NCBI GenBank assembly: GCA_963822445.1
Contig: CAWGHO010000002.1
Location: forward strand, 1,472,001 to 1,536,000
Length of the DNA: 64,000 nucleotides
Direction of reading: 5' to 3'
Origin: an uncultured Acidobacteriota bacterium
GTDB lineage: Bacteria > Acidobacteriota > Thermoanaerobaculia > Gp7-AA8
The notes under the pieces are model-generated. The model saw nothing but the letters and a program-made list of their open reading frames with translations. It did no database searches and was not told where the DNA came from. The position numbers and the translations under genes are program-made. Below are positions 27,613-37,671 of the stretch, piece after piece. The stretch's first letter is position 1; the number at the start of each line of letters is the position of its first letter.

Positions 27613-29112
27613 ATGACCGCACGCATGTCCCACCGCCAGTCCGTCCACGATCTGAAGAGCCTCATCCGCTCGTTTCACTCACTGATCGCCGTGGAGACGG
27701 TGGAGGAAGAGCGCGTTTTCACCATCGTTCGTGAAGTTGCCAACGACCTGAATCAGTCCCTCTTCGAATGGTCGATGACCACCGGCTTCAAGCGCGGCTT
27801 CGGCCTGACCATCGGCAACACCTTCGAGCCGCTGGCCGTGCTGCAACACATCGGCGACCTCACCGGCGAGGGGATCTACCTGCTCAAGGACATGGCCCCG
27901 CATCTAGCGAAACCGGAGGTTGCTCGCGCACTGCGCGACCTCGTGCAGAAGATGGCTCACACCAGCAGCGCCATCGTGCTGACCGGCGATCCCATCGAAC
28001 TGCCGCGCGACATCGAGGCGATGGCGGTCCGCTTCGATCTGAAGCTTCCCGACGAGGCCGAGCGGCGCGAGGCCATGCGACATGTCGTCGACGCAATGAA
28101 AGCGCGCCAGCCCGTGCAGGTCGACCTCGGCCGCGAGGACGTGAACCGGCTGGTCCAGGCTCTGGCCGGATTGACATTGCATCAGGCGCGGCGGGTCATC
28201 GCCCAGGCCATCCTCGAAGACGGCAAGCTCTCGCCGCTGGACATCGAACGGGTCATCCGCTGGAAAGGCGAGATCATCGAGCGCGGCGGCGTGCTGGAGT
28301 TCTTTCCCGCCGAAGAGAACGCGTTCGAGCTGGGCGGATTCGCGCGATTGAAGACCTGGCTCGATCACGCCCGCGTCGGCTTTACGGCCGAGGCTCGGGC
28401 TGTGAATCTGAAGGCTCCGAAGGGTGTGCTGTTCGTCGGCGTGCAGGGCTGCGGCAAATCGCTGGCCGCGAAGTTCATCGCCCGCCACTGGCAACTCCCG
28501 CTGCTCAAGCTCGACGCGGGACGGCTCTACGACAAGTACGTCGGGCAGTCGGAGAAGAACTTCCGCCGCGCCACGGTGGTCGCGGAATCGATGGCGCCGG
28601 TCGTCCTCTGGATCGACGAGATGGAAAAGACCTTCGCATCAGGCACGGCCGCGGACGCGGACGGTGGATTGTCGCAGCGGCTCTTCGGCGCATTTTTGAC
28701 CTGGTTGCAGGAGAAGAAGGACGGAGTGTTCGTCGTCGGCGCAGCGAACGATCTCAATCGCATGCCGCCCGAGCTGCTGCGCAAAGGACGCTTCGACGAG
28801 ATCTTCTTCGTCGACCTGCCGACGCTCGAGGAGCGGCGGAGCATCTTCACCATCCACCTGCGCATGCGGAAACAGGATCCGGCGGCGTTCGACGTCGGCG
28901 AGCTCGCGCGAGCGTCGGAAGGGTTCAGCGGCGCGGAGATCGAACAGGCCGTGATCGCGTCGCTCTACCGCGCGCTGCATGCGAAGCAGGCGCTCACGAC
29001 CGCGAACATCGTGGAAAGCCTTCGCGCGACGGTGCCCCTTTCCGTCGCGCGGCGCGAGGATGTGGAGCGCCTTCGATCGTTTTCCGCGGGGCGGTTTACG
29101 CCGGTGGCGTGA
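27613..29112 (+). CDS. AAA+ ATPase (Ycf46-like)
   Basis: Degenerate N-terminal AAA domain, GVQGCGKS, LWIDEMEK, PPELLRKGRFDEIFFVDLP, GFSGAEIEQ. Confidence 0.9.
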   Translation: MTARMSHRQSVHDLKSLIRSFHSLIAVETVEEERVFTIVREVANDLNQSLFEWSMTTGFKRGFGLTIGNTFEPLAVLQHIGDLTGEGIYLLKDMAPHLAKPEVARALRDLVQKMAHTSSAIVLTGDPIELPRDIEAMAVRFDLKLPDEAERREAMRHVVDAMKARQPVQVDLGREDVNRLVQALAGLTLHQARRVIAQAILEDGKLSPLDIERVIRWKGEIIERGGVLEFFPAEENAFELGGFARLKTWLDHARVGFTAEARAVNLKAPKGVLFVGVQGCGKSLAAKFIARHWQLPLLKLDAGRLYDKYVGQSEKNFRRATVVAESMAPVVLWIDEMEKTFASGTAADADGGLSQRLFGAFLTWLQEKKDGVFVVGAANDLNRMPPELLRKGRFDEIFFVDLPTLEERRSIFTIHLRMRKQDPAAFDVGELARASEGFSGAEIEQAVIASLYRALHAKQALTTANIVESLRATVPLSVARREDVERLRSFSAGRFTPVA

Positions 29113-31879
29113 CCCGCAGTACGACCAGGGTCAGGTCATCCTCGACCTCGCCGCCGGCGAATGACGTCGCGGCCTGGGCGATGCGTTGTTGCAGTTCTTC
29201 CGCGCTCACATCGCCCGCGCTCGACACCAGCTCTTCGATCCGCCGTTCCTCGAACATCTCCCCCGTCCCATTTGCCGCCTCGGAAACGCCGTCGGTGAAG
29301 AGCACGATCCGGTCGCCGGGCGTGAGCGCGATCTCCCGCTCTTCGTAACGCGTGTCCCGAAAAAGGCGCGAGATCGCCGGTCCGCCTTCTTCCAATCGCA
29401 CCATCGATCCGTCCGTGCGCGCGAGGATCGGCGCGTTGTGGCCGGCGTTCGTCCAGCGCAGCCGCATCGCCGCGGTGTCGATCGTCGCGTAAAAGAACGT
29501 GACGAAGCGTCCACCGGACAGACTCGAGACGACGACGCGCCGCACGCGCTCGCACAGATCGCGCGGTGAGCTGCTCGCCGAGGCGCGCACCGCGGCTTGC
29601 AGTCCCGACATCAAAAGCGCCGCGGGCATGCCCTTTCCCGCGACGTCGCCGATGCACACCGCCAGCTCCGTCTCGCTGAGCGGAATCAGGTCGTAGTAAT
29701 CGCCGCCCATCGTCCGCGCCGGTTGCCAGGTGCCGCTCACGTCGATCCCGGCCAGCCGCGGCATCTCCCGCGGAATGAGGGTCTGCTGAATCGCGCGAGC
29801 CTGGGAGTAATCCTCGTCTTCGCGCTGCAGTCGGATGCGATCGAGGCCGATGTCGACCTGGTCGGCGACGGAGCGGAGGAAGTCGATGTCCTCCACGTCG
29901 AACTCGCCGCCGGACAGTTTCGGCGCGACGGCGATGAATCCGTTCGCCGGCGTGCCCGGCGTGTTGATCGGCACGACCAGCGTGGCCTCGATGCGTTTGA
30001 ACGCGGCCGCGGCATCGTCGGAAAGCGCATGCCGTCGCGGATCGAAGGGACGATCGAGCATCTTCAGGATCGGAGCGCGCGCGACGCGCAGCGCGCCGAG
30101 AAGGGAGTCGGAGACACCGACCTTCGCCGCGGCGATGAACTCATCGTGGCGGCTGGAGAAGATCACCACGGCCCGGTTCTGCAAGGCGTGCTGCGTTTTC
30201 TCTGTCGACGACGAAAGAAAACGGCTGAGATCCGACGCGGCCAGCGCATCCGCTCCGATCGCGCGCAGTGCTGCCGGGTAATCGAACTTCTGGCGGAACA
30301 TCGTCCGCTCGACGAAGCGCTGCAATTTGTTGCGAATCGGCACGGCCACGAGCGCGACCACCAGCGTTGCACCGATGACCATGGTCTGGTTCTCGACGCC
30401 CGCGACATTGACCAGCAGCGTTCCCAGAAGACCGACGATGGCCAGGTAGACGATGGCGATCACGCCGCTGAGCATCGCGTACACGACCGTCTTCCTGACG
30501 ATCACGTCGATGTTCATCAGCCGGTACTTGAGGATGGCCACGGCGAAGGAGAACGGGATCAGGAGGTAGAGCAGTTTCGTGGAGATATCGACGACCTGCG
30601 CCGCGCCGAACCATTCGCCGATGCCGCGTCCGGTGAACAGGTGGAAGAAGATGATCGCCTCCATCACCGTGGTGAGCACGATCCTCGTCGCCAGCGCGAA
30701 GGACGTGCCCCACAGAGGCCACTTCACCTGCCGTTTTTCCTCGGCATCGGCATCGCGGTAGGAGCGATAGAACGCGATGCAGGAGAGAACCGGGAAGGCT
30801 CCCAGCACTCCGGAGACCGCCAGGCCGCAGGCCATACCCACTCCGAGCGCGATCCAATGATTTCCTATGGCTTTGGCGATCTGGGTCACGCTCAGGAACG
30901 CCGCGACGAGGAAAAAAATCGATTGAAATGGCCGCCGCCAGAATGCCTCGCGCATCCCTTCGAGCCGGCCCTTCCGCGCGACGCGCAACGCGACGCCGAA
31001 CCCGGCCAGCGTCACGATCGCGACCAGGACGTTCACCGCGAGCTTGACCTGCTTCTCCGCGGCGTCACCGGCCGCCGTGGCGATGGTGAAGATCAGGCCG
31101 AGACCGACCAGACCGATGACCATCGCCGCGGGGATTCCGTATACCCAGCGAAAGACATGCGGCGAGGAACGGACGACGGGACGCTCGCGCGGAAAGATCA
31201 GCGCCAGATGCAGCGTGAGCGGAAGGAAGGCGACGGTCACGGCCATGACCGTCAGGAACGGCAGGACGCCGCGGTTCTCGGTTTCCGCATTCACGCCGCG
31301 GATGTTCGAACTGTCGAGCCCGAGCGCCGGCGTCCCGATGAGGTAGATCGCACCGACGGCCATCATCGCGAAGAAGACCATCACCCGCCGGTCGTCGGGC
31401 CGCTTCACGACGACGAGCAAGGCGATGGCGATGTAGGCGAGGCCGACGATCAGGTGAACGATCAGCGTTGCCAGGAAAATGGGGATGTGCAGCGGCGAAG
31501 CGAGTCGCAGCCTCGCCTCGAACGTCCGCGAGCCCCTTTTCACGCGGTAAACGGCGGTGTCGCCGGCGCGCATCGAGCCGGCCTTCGCGGTCAGGGTCTT
31601 GTTGTCCTTCACGGAAACGCCGTTGATCGCGAGCAGGTAATCGCCGCCGCGGATGCCGGCGCGCTCCGCCGGACCGGTCGGATAGACCATGAAGACGCGG
31701 CCGGCCGCGAACATCTCGAATGGCGGCCGCTTCTCTTCCGGCATCTCCGGGAAGAACGACAGGCCGGCCATCCCGATCTCGTCCCAGTGCCGGAGCCGCA
31801 ACGCGCCGTACCAGCTCGCCGCGCCGATGGCGAGAATGGTGATGACGACGGCGATGGTGACGCGCAGGCGGAGAGACAT
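29096..31879 (-). CDS. PDZ / multi-TM / GAF / PP2C (SpoIIE/RsbU-type) phosphatase, paralog A
   Basis: PAERAGIRGGD (PDZ), AILKYRLMNID, GGDYYD, GDVAGKG, NAGH, FTDG, DDLT. Confidence 0.9.
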   Translation of the reverse strand: MSLRLRVTIAVVITILAIGAASWYGALRLRHWDEIGMAGLSFFPEMPEEKRPPFEMFAAGRVFMVYPTGPAERAGIRGGDYLLAINGVSVKDNKTLTAKAGSMRAGDTAVYRVKRGSRTFEARLRLASPLHIPIFLATLIVHLIVGLAYIAIALLVVVKRPDDRRVMVFFAMMAVGAIYLIGTPALGLDSSNIRGVNAETENRGVLPFLTVMAVTVAFLPLTLHLALIFPRERPVVRSSPHVFRWVYGIPAAMVIGLVGLGLIFTIATAAGDAAEKQVKLAVNVLVAIVTLAGFGVALRVARKGRLEGMREAFWRRPFQSIFFLVAAFLSVTQIAKAIGNHWIALGVGMACGLAVSGVLGAFPVLSCIAFYRSYRDADAEEKRQVKWPLWGTSFALATRIVLTTVMEAIIFFHLFTGRGIGEWFGAAQVVDISTKLLYLLIPFSFAVAILKYRLMNIDVIVRKTVVYAMLSGVIAIVYLAIVGLLGTLLVNVAGVENQTMVIGATLVVALVAVPIRNKLQRFVERTMFRQKFDYPAALRAIGADALAASDLSRFLSSSTEKTQHALQNRAVVIFSSRHDEFIAAAKVGVSDSLLGALRVARAPILKMLDRPFDPRRHALSDDAAAAFKRIEATLVVPINTPGTPANGFIAVAPKLSGGEFDVEDIDFLRSVADQVDIGLDRIRLQREDEDYSQARAIQQTLIPREMPRLAGIDVSGTWQPARTMGGDYYDLIPLSETELAVCIGDVAGKGMPAALLMSGLQAAVRASASSSPRDLCERVRRVVVSSLSGGRFVTFFYATIDTAAMRLRWTNAGHNAPILARTDGSMVRLEEGGPAISRLFRDTRYEEREIALTPGDRIVLFTDGVSEAANGTGEMFEERRIEELVSSAGDVSAEELQQRIAQAATSFAGGEVEDDLTLVVLRVTPPA

Positions 31880-31913
31880 GTGCGTAGGAGTGTACGCACA
31901 CCGTGAGCGCGAG

Positions 31914-34688
31914 TTATGGAGAGATGCACACCACGACCAGCGTCATGTCGTCCTCGACTTCGTCATCGGAAAACGAAGTGGCCGCATTGACGATGGTCCG
32001 CACCAGCTCCTCCGCGCTGACGTTGCCAGCGGCTGCGGTCAGCGCCTCGATCTGTTCTTCACCGAACATCTCTCCTGCCGCGCTGCCCGCTTCGGAGATT
32101 CCGTCCGTGAAGAGCACGACCCTGTCGCCGGGCGTCAACGCGATCTCCTGCTCCTCGTAACGCGTATCGCGGAAGAGCCGCGAGAACGCCGGACCGCCCT
32201 CGGACAGCCTCACGATCGTGCCGTCGGCGCGGGCGAGGATCGGCGCGTTGTGACCGGCATTCGTCCAGCGCAGTCGCATCGCGGCCGTGTCGATCGTTGC
32301 GTAGAAAAACGTCACGAACCTTCCGCCGGACAGACTGGAGACGACGACGCGCCGCACGCGCTCGCAGAGGTCGCGCGGCGAGCTGCTCGCCGACGCGCGA
32401 ACCGCGGCCTGCAGGCCAGACATGAGCAGCGCGGCAGGCATCCCTTTTCCGGCAACGTCACCGATGCAGATGGCCAGCTCCGTGTCGCTGAGCGCGAGCA
32501 GATCGTAGTAATCGCCGCCCATCGTCCGCGCCGGTTGCCACACACCGCTGACATCGAGACCGGCCAGTTGCGGCATCTCGCGCGGAAGAAGACCTTGCTG
32601 AATGTCGCGGGCCTGCGAGTAGTCGACGTCTTCGCGCTGCTGGCGAATGCGATCGAGACCAACATCGACCTGGCTTGCGATGGCGCGGAGGAAGTCGATG
32701 TCTTCGTCATCGAGCGCGCCGCCGGACAGCTTCGGTGCGACGGCAATGAATCCATTCGCCGGCGTGCCCGGCGTGTTGATCGGCACGACCAGCGCGGTCT
32801 CGATGCGTGCCAACGCGCCAGCGGCAGCGTCGGGCAATGCAGCGCGACGCGGATCGAACGGTTCGGTGAGCGAGGCAAGAATCTGCGCGCGGGCGATGCG
32901 CAGCGTGCCGACGATCGAATCGGCCACGCCGACTTTGGCAGCGGCCACGAAATCATCGTGGCGGCTGGCGAAGATCACCACTGCGCGGCTCTGCAATGCG
33001 CGCTGAGTTTTCTCCGCTGCCGACGCGAGGAGAGATGCTGAATCGGTCGCAACCAGCGCTTCCGCGGCGAGACCGCGGATGGCTTCGGGATAGTCGTATT
33101 TCTGGCGGAACAGATTGCGCTCGACGAGCGCCTGCAGCTTGTTCCGCATCGGCACGAACACGAGCGCAACCACCAGCGTCGCGCCGATGACCATGGTCTG
33201 GTTCTTCACGCCGGTGTACTTCACCAGGATCGCGCCGAGGATTCCGACGAGGCCGAGGTAGACGACGAGGATGAATCCGCTGAGCATCGCGTAGACCACC
33301 GTCTTCTTGATGATCACGTCGATGTTCATCAGCCGGTACTTGAGGATGGCTACGGCGAACGAGATCGGAATGGTCAGGGTGAGTAGCGTGGGGATGACGC
33401 CGAGAATCTCCAGCAGCCCGCGCCACTCGGTCATGTCCAGGTGGCCGACCGTGATCCAGAGCGCGAGGATCGCACTCACGCTCATGATCACGATTTTTCC
33501 GCCGACCGACAGCAGCAGGCCCCACATCGGCCAGGCCACCTGGCGCTTCTCTTCGGCGTTCGCATCCCGGTACCCGCGATACAGCGCCGCGACGGCCAGG
33601 AAGGGGAAGGCGAGAATGACCAGGAACGGGAGAACCATCCCCAGGATGAAGAGAATGATGGTGACGATCTTCCAGCCCGCGCTGGCGGTGAGCCGTCCAA
33701 CGGCGGCGAGGACGCCGATCGTGGCCAGCGACAGGGGGAAGGGCCGGTTGAGGATCGCTTCGCGGAACCCTTCGCGCCGTCCGGCCCACCAGACGTGAAT
33801 GAGGACGAGGAGACTCACTCCCAGCAGCGTGTAGCCGGCCGGCACGAGGATCCTGTCCATCAGCTTGTCGGCTTCGTTCATCGCCCGCGACATGACGGCA
33901 CTCGAGGCGATGAGTGCAAAGAGAAGCACGAGGCAGGCGATGAATGCCGCGGCGTAGATCCAGCGGATGACGTACGGCCGTGCCTCCACGATGGGCCTGC
34001 GACGCGGAAAGACCAGCGCCAGGTGAAGGATCATCGGGAGATACATCAGCGTCAGAATCCCGACGAGAGACACCGAGAGGAATGCTGAGAACGGATCGAT
34101 GACGATGCCACGCGCGCCGGTGGATTCGTAGGACGTCGCCGCTTTGCCGATCAACGCGACCGCCGTGAGAAGAGCGAGCGTGTAGAAGATGACCGCGCGC
34201 GAATCACCGGGCGCGCGGATGACGATCAGCAGTCCGATGGCCACGAACGTCAGTCCGACCAGCAACCCGACGACGTGCGTGGTGATGATCATCCGGGCGC
34301 GCAGCGGCGACTCGAGGCGGATCGGGATGTCCATCACGCGATCGCCGCGCTTCACGCGATAGGTGACCTGCGACCCCTTGACCAACCGCGCGTCGAGCAC
34401 TCGGAGGCGTGTCGTGTCGTCGCGCGGAATGCCGTCGACGGTGAGGATCTCGTCGCCGTAGCGCAGCCGTCCATCAGCGGGACTGCCGGCGAAGACGAGG
34501 ATGACCTGCCCTTCCTTCATCTGCATCATCCTGGCCTGCTGCTTGGCGTTGAAGCCGGCGAGGAAGGAGGTGCCGACCCAACCGCGCTCATGCCAGTGGC
34601 GAGCGCGCGCGGCCATGTAGACGATCGAGCCGGCGATCGCGAAAACGGTCAGGCCGAGGATGATTGCGAATCGCTTCCGCGGCGACAT
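31914..34688 (-). CDS. PDZ / multi-TM / GAF / PP2C (SpoIIE/RsbU-type) phosphatase, paralog B
   Basis: Same architecture; cytoplasmic half nearly identical to paralog A. Confidence 0.9.
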   Translation of the reverse strand: MSPRKRFAIILGLTVFAIAGSIVYMAARARHWHERGWVGTSFLAGFNAKQQARMMQMKEGQVILVFAGSPADGRLRYGDEILTVDGIPRDDTTRLRVLDARLVKGSQVTYRVKRGDRVMDIPIRLESPLRARMIITTHVVGLLVGLTFVAIGLLIVIRAPGDSRAVIFYTLALLTAVALIGKAATSYESTGARGIVIDPFSAFLSVSLVGILTLMYLPMILHLALVFPRRRPIVEARPYVIRWIYAAAFIACLVLLFALIASSAVMSRAMNEADKLMDRILVPAGYTLLGVSLLVLIHVWWAGRREGFREAILNRPFPLSLATIGVLAAVGRLTASAGWKIVTIILFILGMVLPFLVILAFPFLAVAALYRGYRDANAEEKRQVAWPMWGLLLSVGGKIVIMSVSAILALWITVGHLDMTEWRGLLEILGVIPTLLTLTIPISFAVAILKYRLMNIDVIIKKTVVYAMLSGFILVVYLGLVGILGAILVKYTGVKNQTMVIGATLVVALVFVPMRNKLQALVERNLFRQKYDYPEAIRGLAAEALVATDSASLLASAAEKTQRALQSRAVVIFASRHDDFVAAAKVGVADSIVGTLRIARAQILASLTEPFDPRRAALPDAAAGALARIETALVVPINTPGTPANGFIAVAPKLSGGALDDEDIDFLRAIASQVDVGLDRIRQQREDVDYSQARDIQQGLLPREMPQLAGLDVSGVWQPARTMGGDYYDLLALSDTELAICIGDVAGKGMPAALLMSGLQAAVRASASSSPRDLCERVRRVVVSSLSGGRFVTFFYATIDTAAMRLRWTNAGHNAPILARADGTIVRLSEGGPAFSRLFRDTRYEEQEIALTPGDRVVLFTDGISEAGSAAGEMFGEEQIEALTAAAGNVSAEELVRTIVNAATSFSDDEVEDDMTLVVVCISP

Positions 34689-34707
34689 GCAATCAGTGTA
34701 GTGCGGC

Positions 34708-35382
34708 CTAGTCCCGGGAGCCGCGCCGGTTCACGATGCTCATGAACTCCTGCCGCGTTCGCTCATCGTTCAGGAACTCGCCGCGAAGGACGTTGGTCTC
34801 CATGAACGACGACTCCTGCTCCACGCCGCGCATGACCATGCACATGTGGACGCCGCCCATCCAGACGGCGATGCCGCGCGGCTCGAGGATCTTCTCGATC
34901 GTGTCGGCGATGTCGTGGGCGAGATGCTCCTGCGACTGCAGACGGCGCATGTGCACTTCGACGATGCGCGGGATCTTGGACGCGCCGATGATCATCTTCT
35001 CGGGGATGTACCCGATGATGAAGCGGCCGAAGAACGGCAGGATGTGATGCGCGCAGAGCGTCTTGTACGTTCCGCCGATCACGACCAGGTTCTGGCAGTT
35101 CTCGTCGGCGGCCGAGCAGGCCTTGCGGAAGAGCGTGGTGAGCTTCTTGATGTCGGTGTAGTCGTAGCCGCTGGTCATGGCCACGAGCGATTCCGCCCAG
35201 CGGCGCGGCGTGTCCCGCACGTTCTCCTCGTCGAGATCGACGTGGAGGATGCGCAGGGCTTCGCGGAGGTGGAGCTGCAGCGTTTCCCGGTCGACGGTTG
35301 GCCGCGGGCCGCTCAGAAGGCCCCGCTCGTCGAGGAGAGCCTCGAGCTCGGGGGAGATGGTCAATTCGGTCGGTTCCTTCAT
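34708..35382 (-). CDS. folE: GTP cyclohydrolase I
   Basis: DTPRR, LCAHHILPFFG, GASKIPRIV, RRLQSQE, HMCMVMRGV. Confidence 0.9.
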   Translation of the reverse strand: MKEPTELTISPELEALLDERGLLSGPRPTVDRETLQLHLREALRILHVDLDEENVRDTPRRWAESLVAMTSGYDYTDIKKLTTLFRKACSAADENCQNLVVIGGTYKTLCAHHILPFFGRFIIGYIPEKMIIGASKIPRIVEVHMRRLQSQEHLAHDIADTIEKILEPRGIAVWMGGVHMCMVMRGVEQESSFMETNVLRGEFLNDERTRQEFMSIVNRRGSRD

Positions 35383-35473
35383 GCATGGAGCCTATCAGTT
35401 GACGACTGAATGACCATTCATTCATACTGGCGCGGAACCTGTAAAAGTCCCCCCGCAGAAGGAGTTTCACACC

Positions 35474-37366
35474 ATGGCCGAAGTCAAAACGCAGGGCGCC
35501 GTCGAGGCGATGGAGGTTGCCGAAGCCTCTCGCGAGACCGAATGGGAAAAGCCCTCGTTCGTCGGAGATCTCTTCCTCGGCAAGCTCAATCTCGACCTGA
35601 TTCACCCCTTCCCCGAGCAGCCCGAGCCCGATAAGGCCGAGGCCGATGAGTTCCTCAGCAAGATGGAGCGCTTCCTGGCCGAGAACGTCGACGCCGACGA
35701 GATCGACGAGCGCGGCGAGTACGACTACGAGCTCTTTAAAGGCTTCAACGAAATGGGCGCGTGGGGGATGAAGATCCCGAAAGAGTACGGCGGCCTTGGC
35801 TTCTCCGCGACCAACTACAACCGCGCCATCGGCCTCATCGCCACCTGGTGCGGATCGAGCGTGGCCTGGCTCTCCGCGCACCAGTCGATCGGCGTGCCCC
35901 AGCCGCTCAAGCTGTTCGGAACGGAAGAGCAGAAGAAGAAGTACCTGCCCCGTCTCGCCAACGGCGCGATCTCCGCGTTTGCGCTCACCGAGCCGGGCGT
36001 CGGATCCGATCCCGCGAAGATGGAGACGCGCGCGACGCCCAGCGCCGACGGCAAGGGCTGGATTCTCAACGGCGAGAAGCTCTGGTGCACGAACGGCCTC
36101 AAAGCGGAAGTCATCGTGGTCATGGCCCAGACCCCGCCGAAGATGGTGAAGGGCAAGGAGAAGAAGCAGATCTCCGCGTTCATCCTGGACATGGACACGC
36201 CCGGGATCGACATCGCCCATCGCTGCCAGTTCATGGGCCTGCGCGGCATCGGCAACGTCCTGATCAAGTTCGATAACGTCTTCATCCCGAAGGAAAACCT
36301 CCTCTGGGGCGAAGGGCTCGGACTCAAGCTCGCGCTGATCACGCTCAACACCGGCCGCCTGACCATCCCCGCCGGTTGTGCGGCCAGCGGCCGGCGCATG
36401 CTCGAGATCGCGCGCGACTGGGTGAACGAGCGCGTTCAGTGGGGCGTGCCGATCGGGAAGCACGAAGCGGTCGCGGCGAAGCTCGGCTGGATGGCCTCGC
36501 ACACGCTGGCGATGGAATCGATCGTCTGGCTGACCTCAGGCCTCGCCGATCGCGGCGACGTCGATCTCCGCCTCGAAGCGGCGATGGCGAAGCTGTTCAA
36601 CACCGAGGTAGCGTGGCAGTGCGTCGATCACCTGGTGCAGATCCGCGGCGGCCGTGGATTCGAGACCGCGGGATCGCTCAAGGCCCGCGGGGAGAAGGCC
36701 TATCCCGTCGAACGGATCATGCGCGACATGCGCATCAACCGCATCTTCGAAGGGACGAGCGAGATTCAGCATCTCTTCATCGCCCGCGAAGCCGTCGATC
36801 CGCACATGAAGCGCGGCTACAAGATCCTTCTGCCGGAGACGCCGACCGGTGAAAAGATGGAAGCGGCCGCCAAAGCAGGCGCCTTCTACGCAACCTGGTA
36901 CCCCTCCCGTTACCTCGGCTGGAGCCGCTTCCCGAAACACAACGACTTCGGCCGCCTGTCGACGCACATGGGCTTCATCGAGCGGCAGTCGCGGCATCTC
37001 TCGCGCTCGATCTTCCACGCGATGATGCGCTACCAGGCCAAGCTCGAGCGGAAGCAGATGGTGCTGTTCCGCATCGTCGACATCGGCACGGACCTCTTCG
37101 CCATGGCCGCGACGGTCAGCTACGCGACGATGCTCGCGAAGAAGGGGCAGAAGAACGCCCTCGAGCTGGCGGACCTGTTCTGCCGCGAGGCCCGCAAACG
37201 CGTCGACCAGAACTTCCGCACCCTCTTCGACGACGCCGACGATCTGTCCTACAAGATCGTCCAGCGGATGATGAAGGGCGAGTACGAGTGGCTGGAAGGC
37301 GATCTCGTGCAGCCCGTGGTTCCGACCGCGGAGCAGGTGGAAGAAGCGATTCGGAAACTGGCCTAA
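35474..37366 (+). CDS. Acyl-CoA dehydrogenase (VLCAD/ACAD9-like)
   Basis: AHQSIG, AFALTEPGVGSD, LNGEKLWCTNG, RINRIFEGTSEI. Confidence 0.93.
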   Translation: MAEVKTQGAVEAMEVAEASRETEWEKPSFVGDLFLGKLNLDLIHPFPEQPEPDKAEADEFLSKMERFLAENVDADEIDERGEYDYELFKGFNEMGAWGMKIPKEYGGLGFSATNYNRAIGLIATWCGSSVAWLSAHQSIGVPQPLKLFGTEEQKKKYLPRLANGAISAFALTEPGVGSDPAKMETRATPSADGKGWILNGEKLWCTNGLKAEVIVVMAQTPPKMVKGKEKKQISAFILDMDTPGIDIAHRCQFMGLRGIGNVLIKFDNVFIPKENLLWGEGLGLKLALITLNTGRLTIPAGCAASGRRMLEIARDWVNERVQWGVPIGKHEAVAAKLGWMASHTLAMESIVWLTSGLADRGDVDLRLEAAMAKLFNTEVAWQCVDHLVQIRGGRGFETAGSLKARGEKAYPVERIMRDMRINRIFEGTSEIQHLFIAREAVDPHMKRGYKILLPETPTGEKMEAAAKAGAFYATWYPSRYLGWSRFPKHNDFGRLSTHMGFIERQSRHLSRSIFHAMMRYQAKLERKQMVLFRIVDIGTDLFAMAATVSYATMLAKKGQKNALELADLFCREARKRVDQNFRTLFDDADDLSYKIVQRMMKGEYEWLEGDLVQPVVPTAEQVEEAIRKLA

Positions 37367-37368
37367 TC

Positions 37369-37451
37369 AGTAGGCGGTAGGCAGTGGGCGGTAGGCGGGT
37401 TTTCCTGCCTACTGCCTACCGCGAGCCGACGCAGTCGGCGTACCGCCTACC
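37369..37451. repeat. 7-mer (TAGGCRG/CYGCCTA) repeat element with internal hairpin, copy 2
   Basis: Inverted 7-mer arrays between convergent genes; matches 23725-23786. Confidence 0.75.
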
Positions 37452-37671
37452 CTTTTCGGACCTTCTCCTCATCATCCACGGACTCGTGCCCCTCGTACTT
37501 CCGCAGGCACTCCCGGCAGATCAGCGATGAGTAGTTCGCGCCGGGGCGGGGGACCCAGCCGTCGCGGTGGACGGCCTCGTCGAAGCAGCGCGTGTATTCG
37601 TCGGGGATCTCCCCGACGATCTCCGTGGTGAGCTCGCACTCACCGCATTTCAGGACGACGCGACCTTCCAT
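37447..37671 (-). CDS. 74-aa protein with two CxxC motifs (putative zinc finger)
   Basis: MEGRVVLKCGEC...DGW...LICREC. ATG overlaps the peptidase stop (TGATG). Confidence 0.65.
   Translation of the reverse strand: MEGRVVLKCGECELTTEIVGEIPDEYTRCFDEAVHRDGWVPRPGANYSSLICRECLRKYEGHESVDDEEKVRKG

Noticed and set aside
29597-33041. 769-aa and 450-aa plus-strand ORFs
   Set aside because: Antisense shadows of the PP2C paralogs.
34708-35382. FolE with CAHH instead of the usual CEHH as a possible novel enzyme
   Set aside because: The zinc ligands (Cys, His, Cys) and the other FolE motifs are intact; one substitution is too little evidence.
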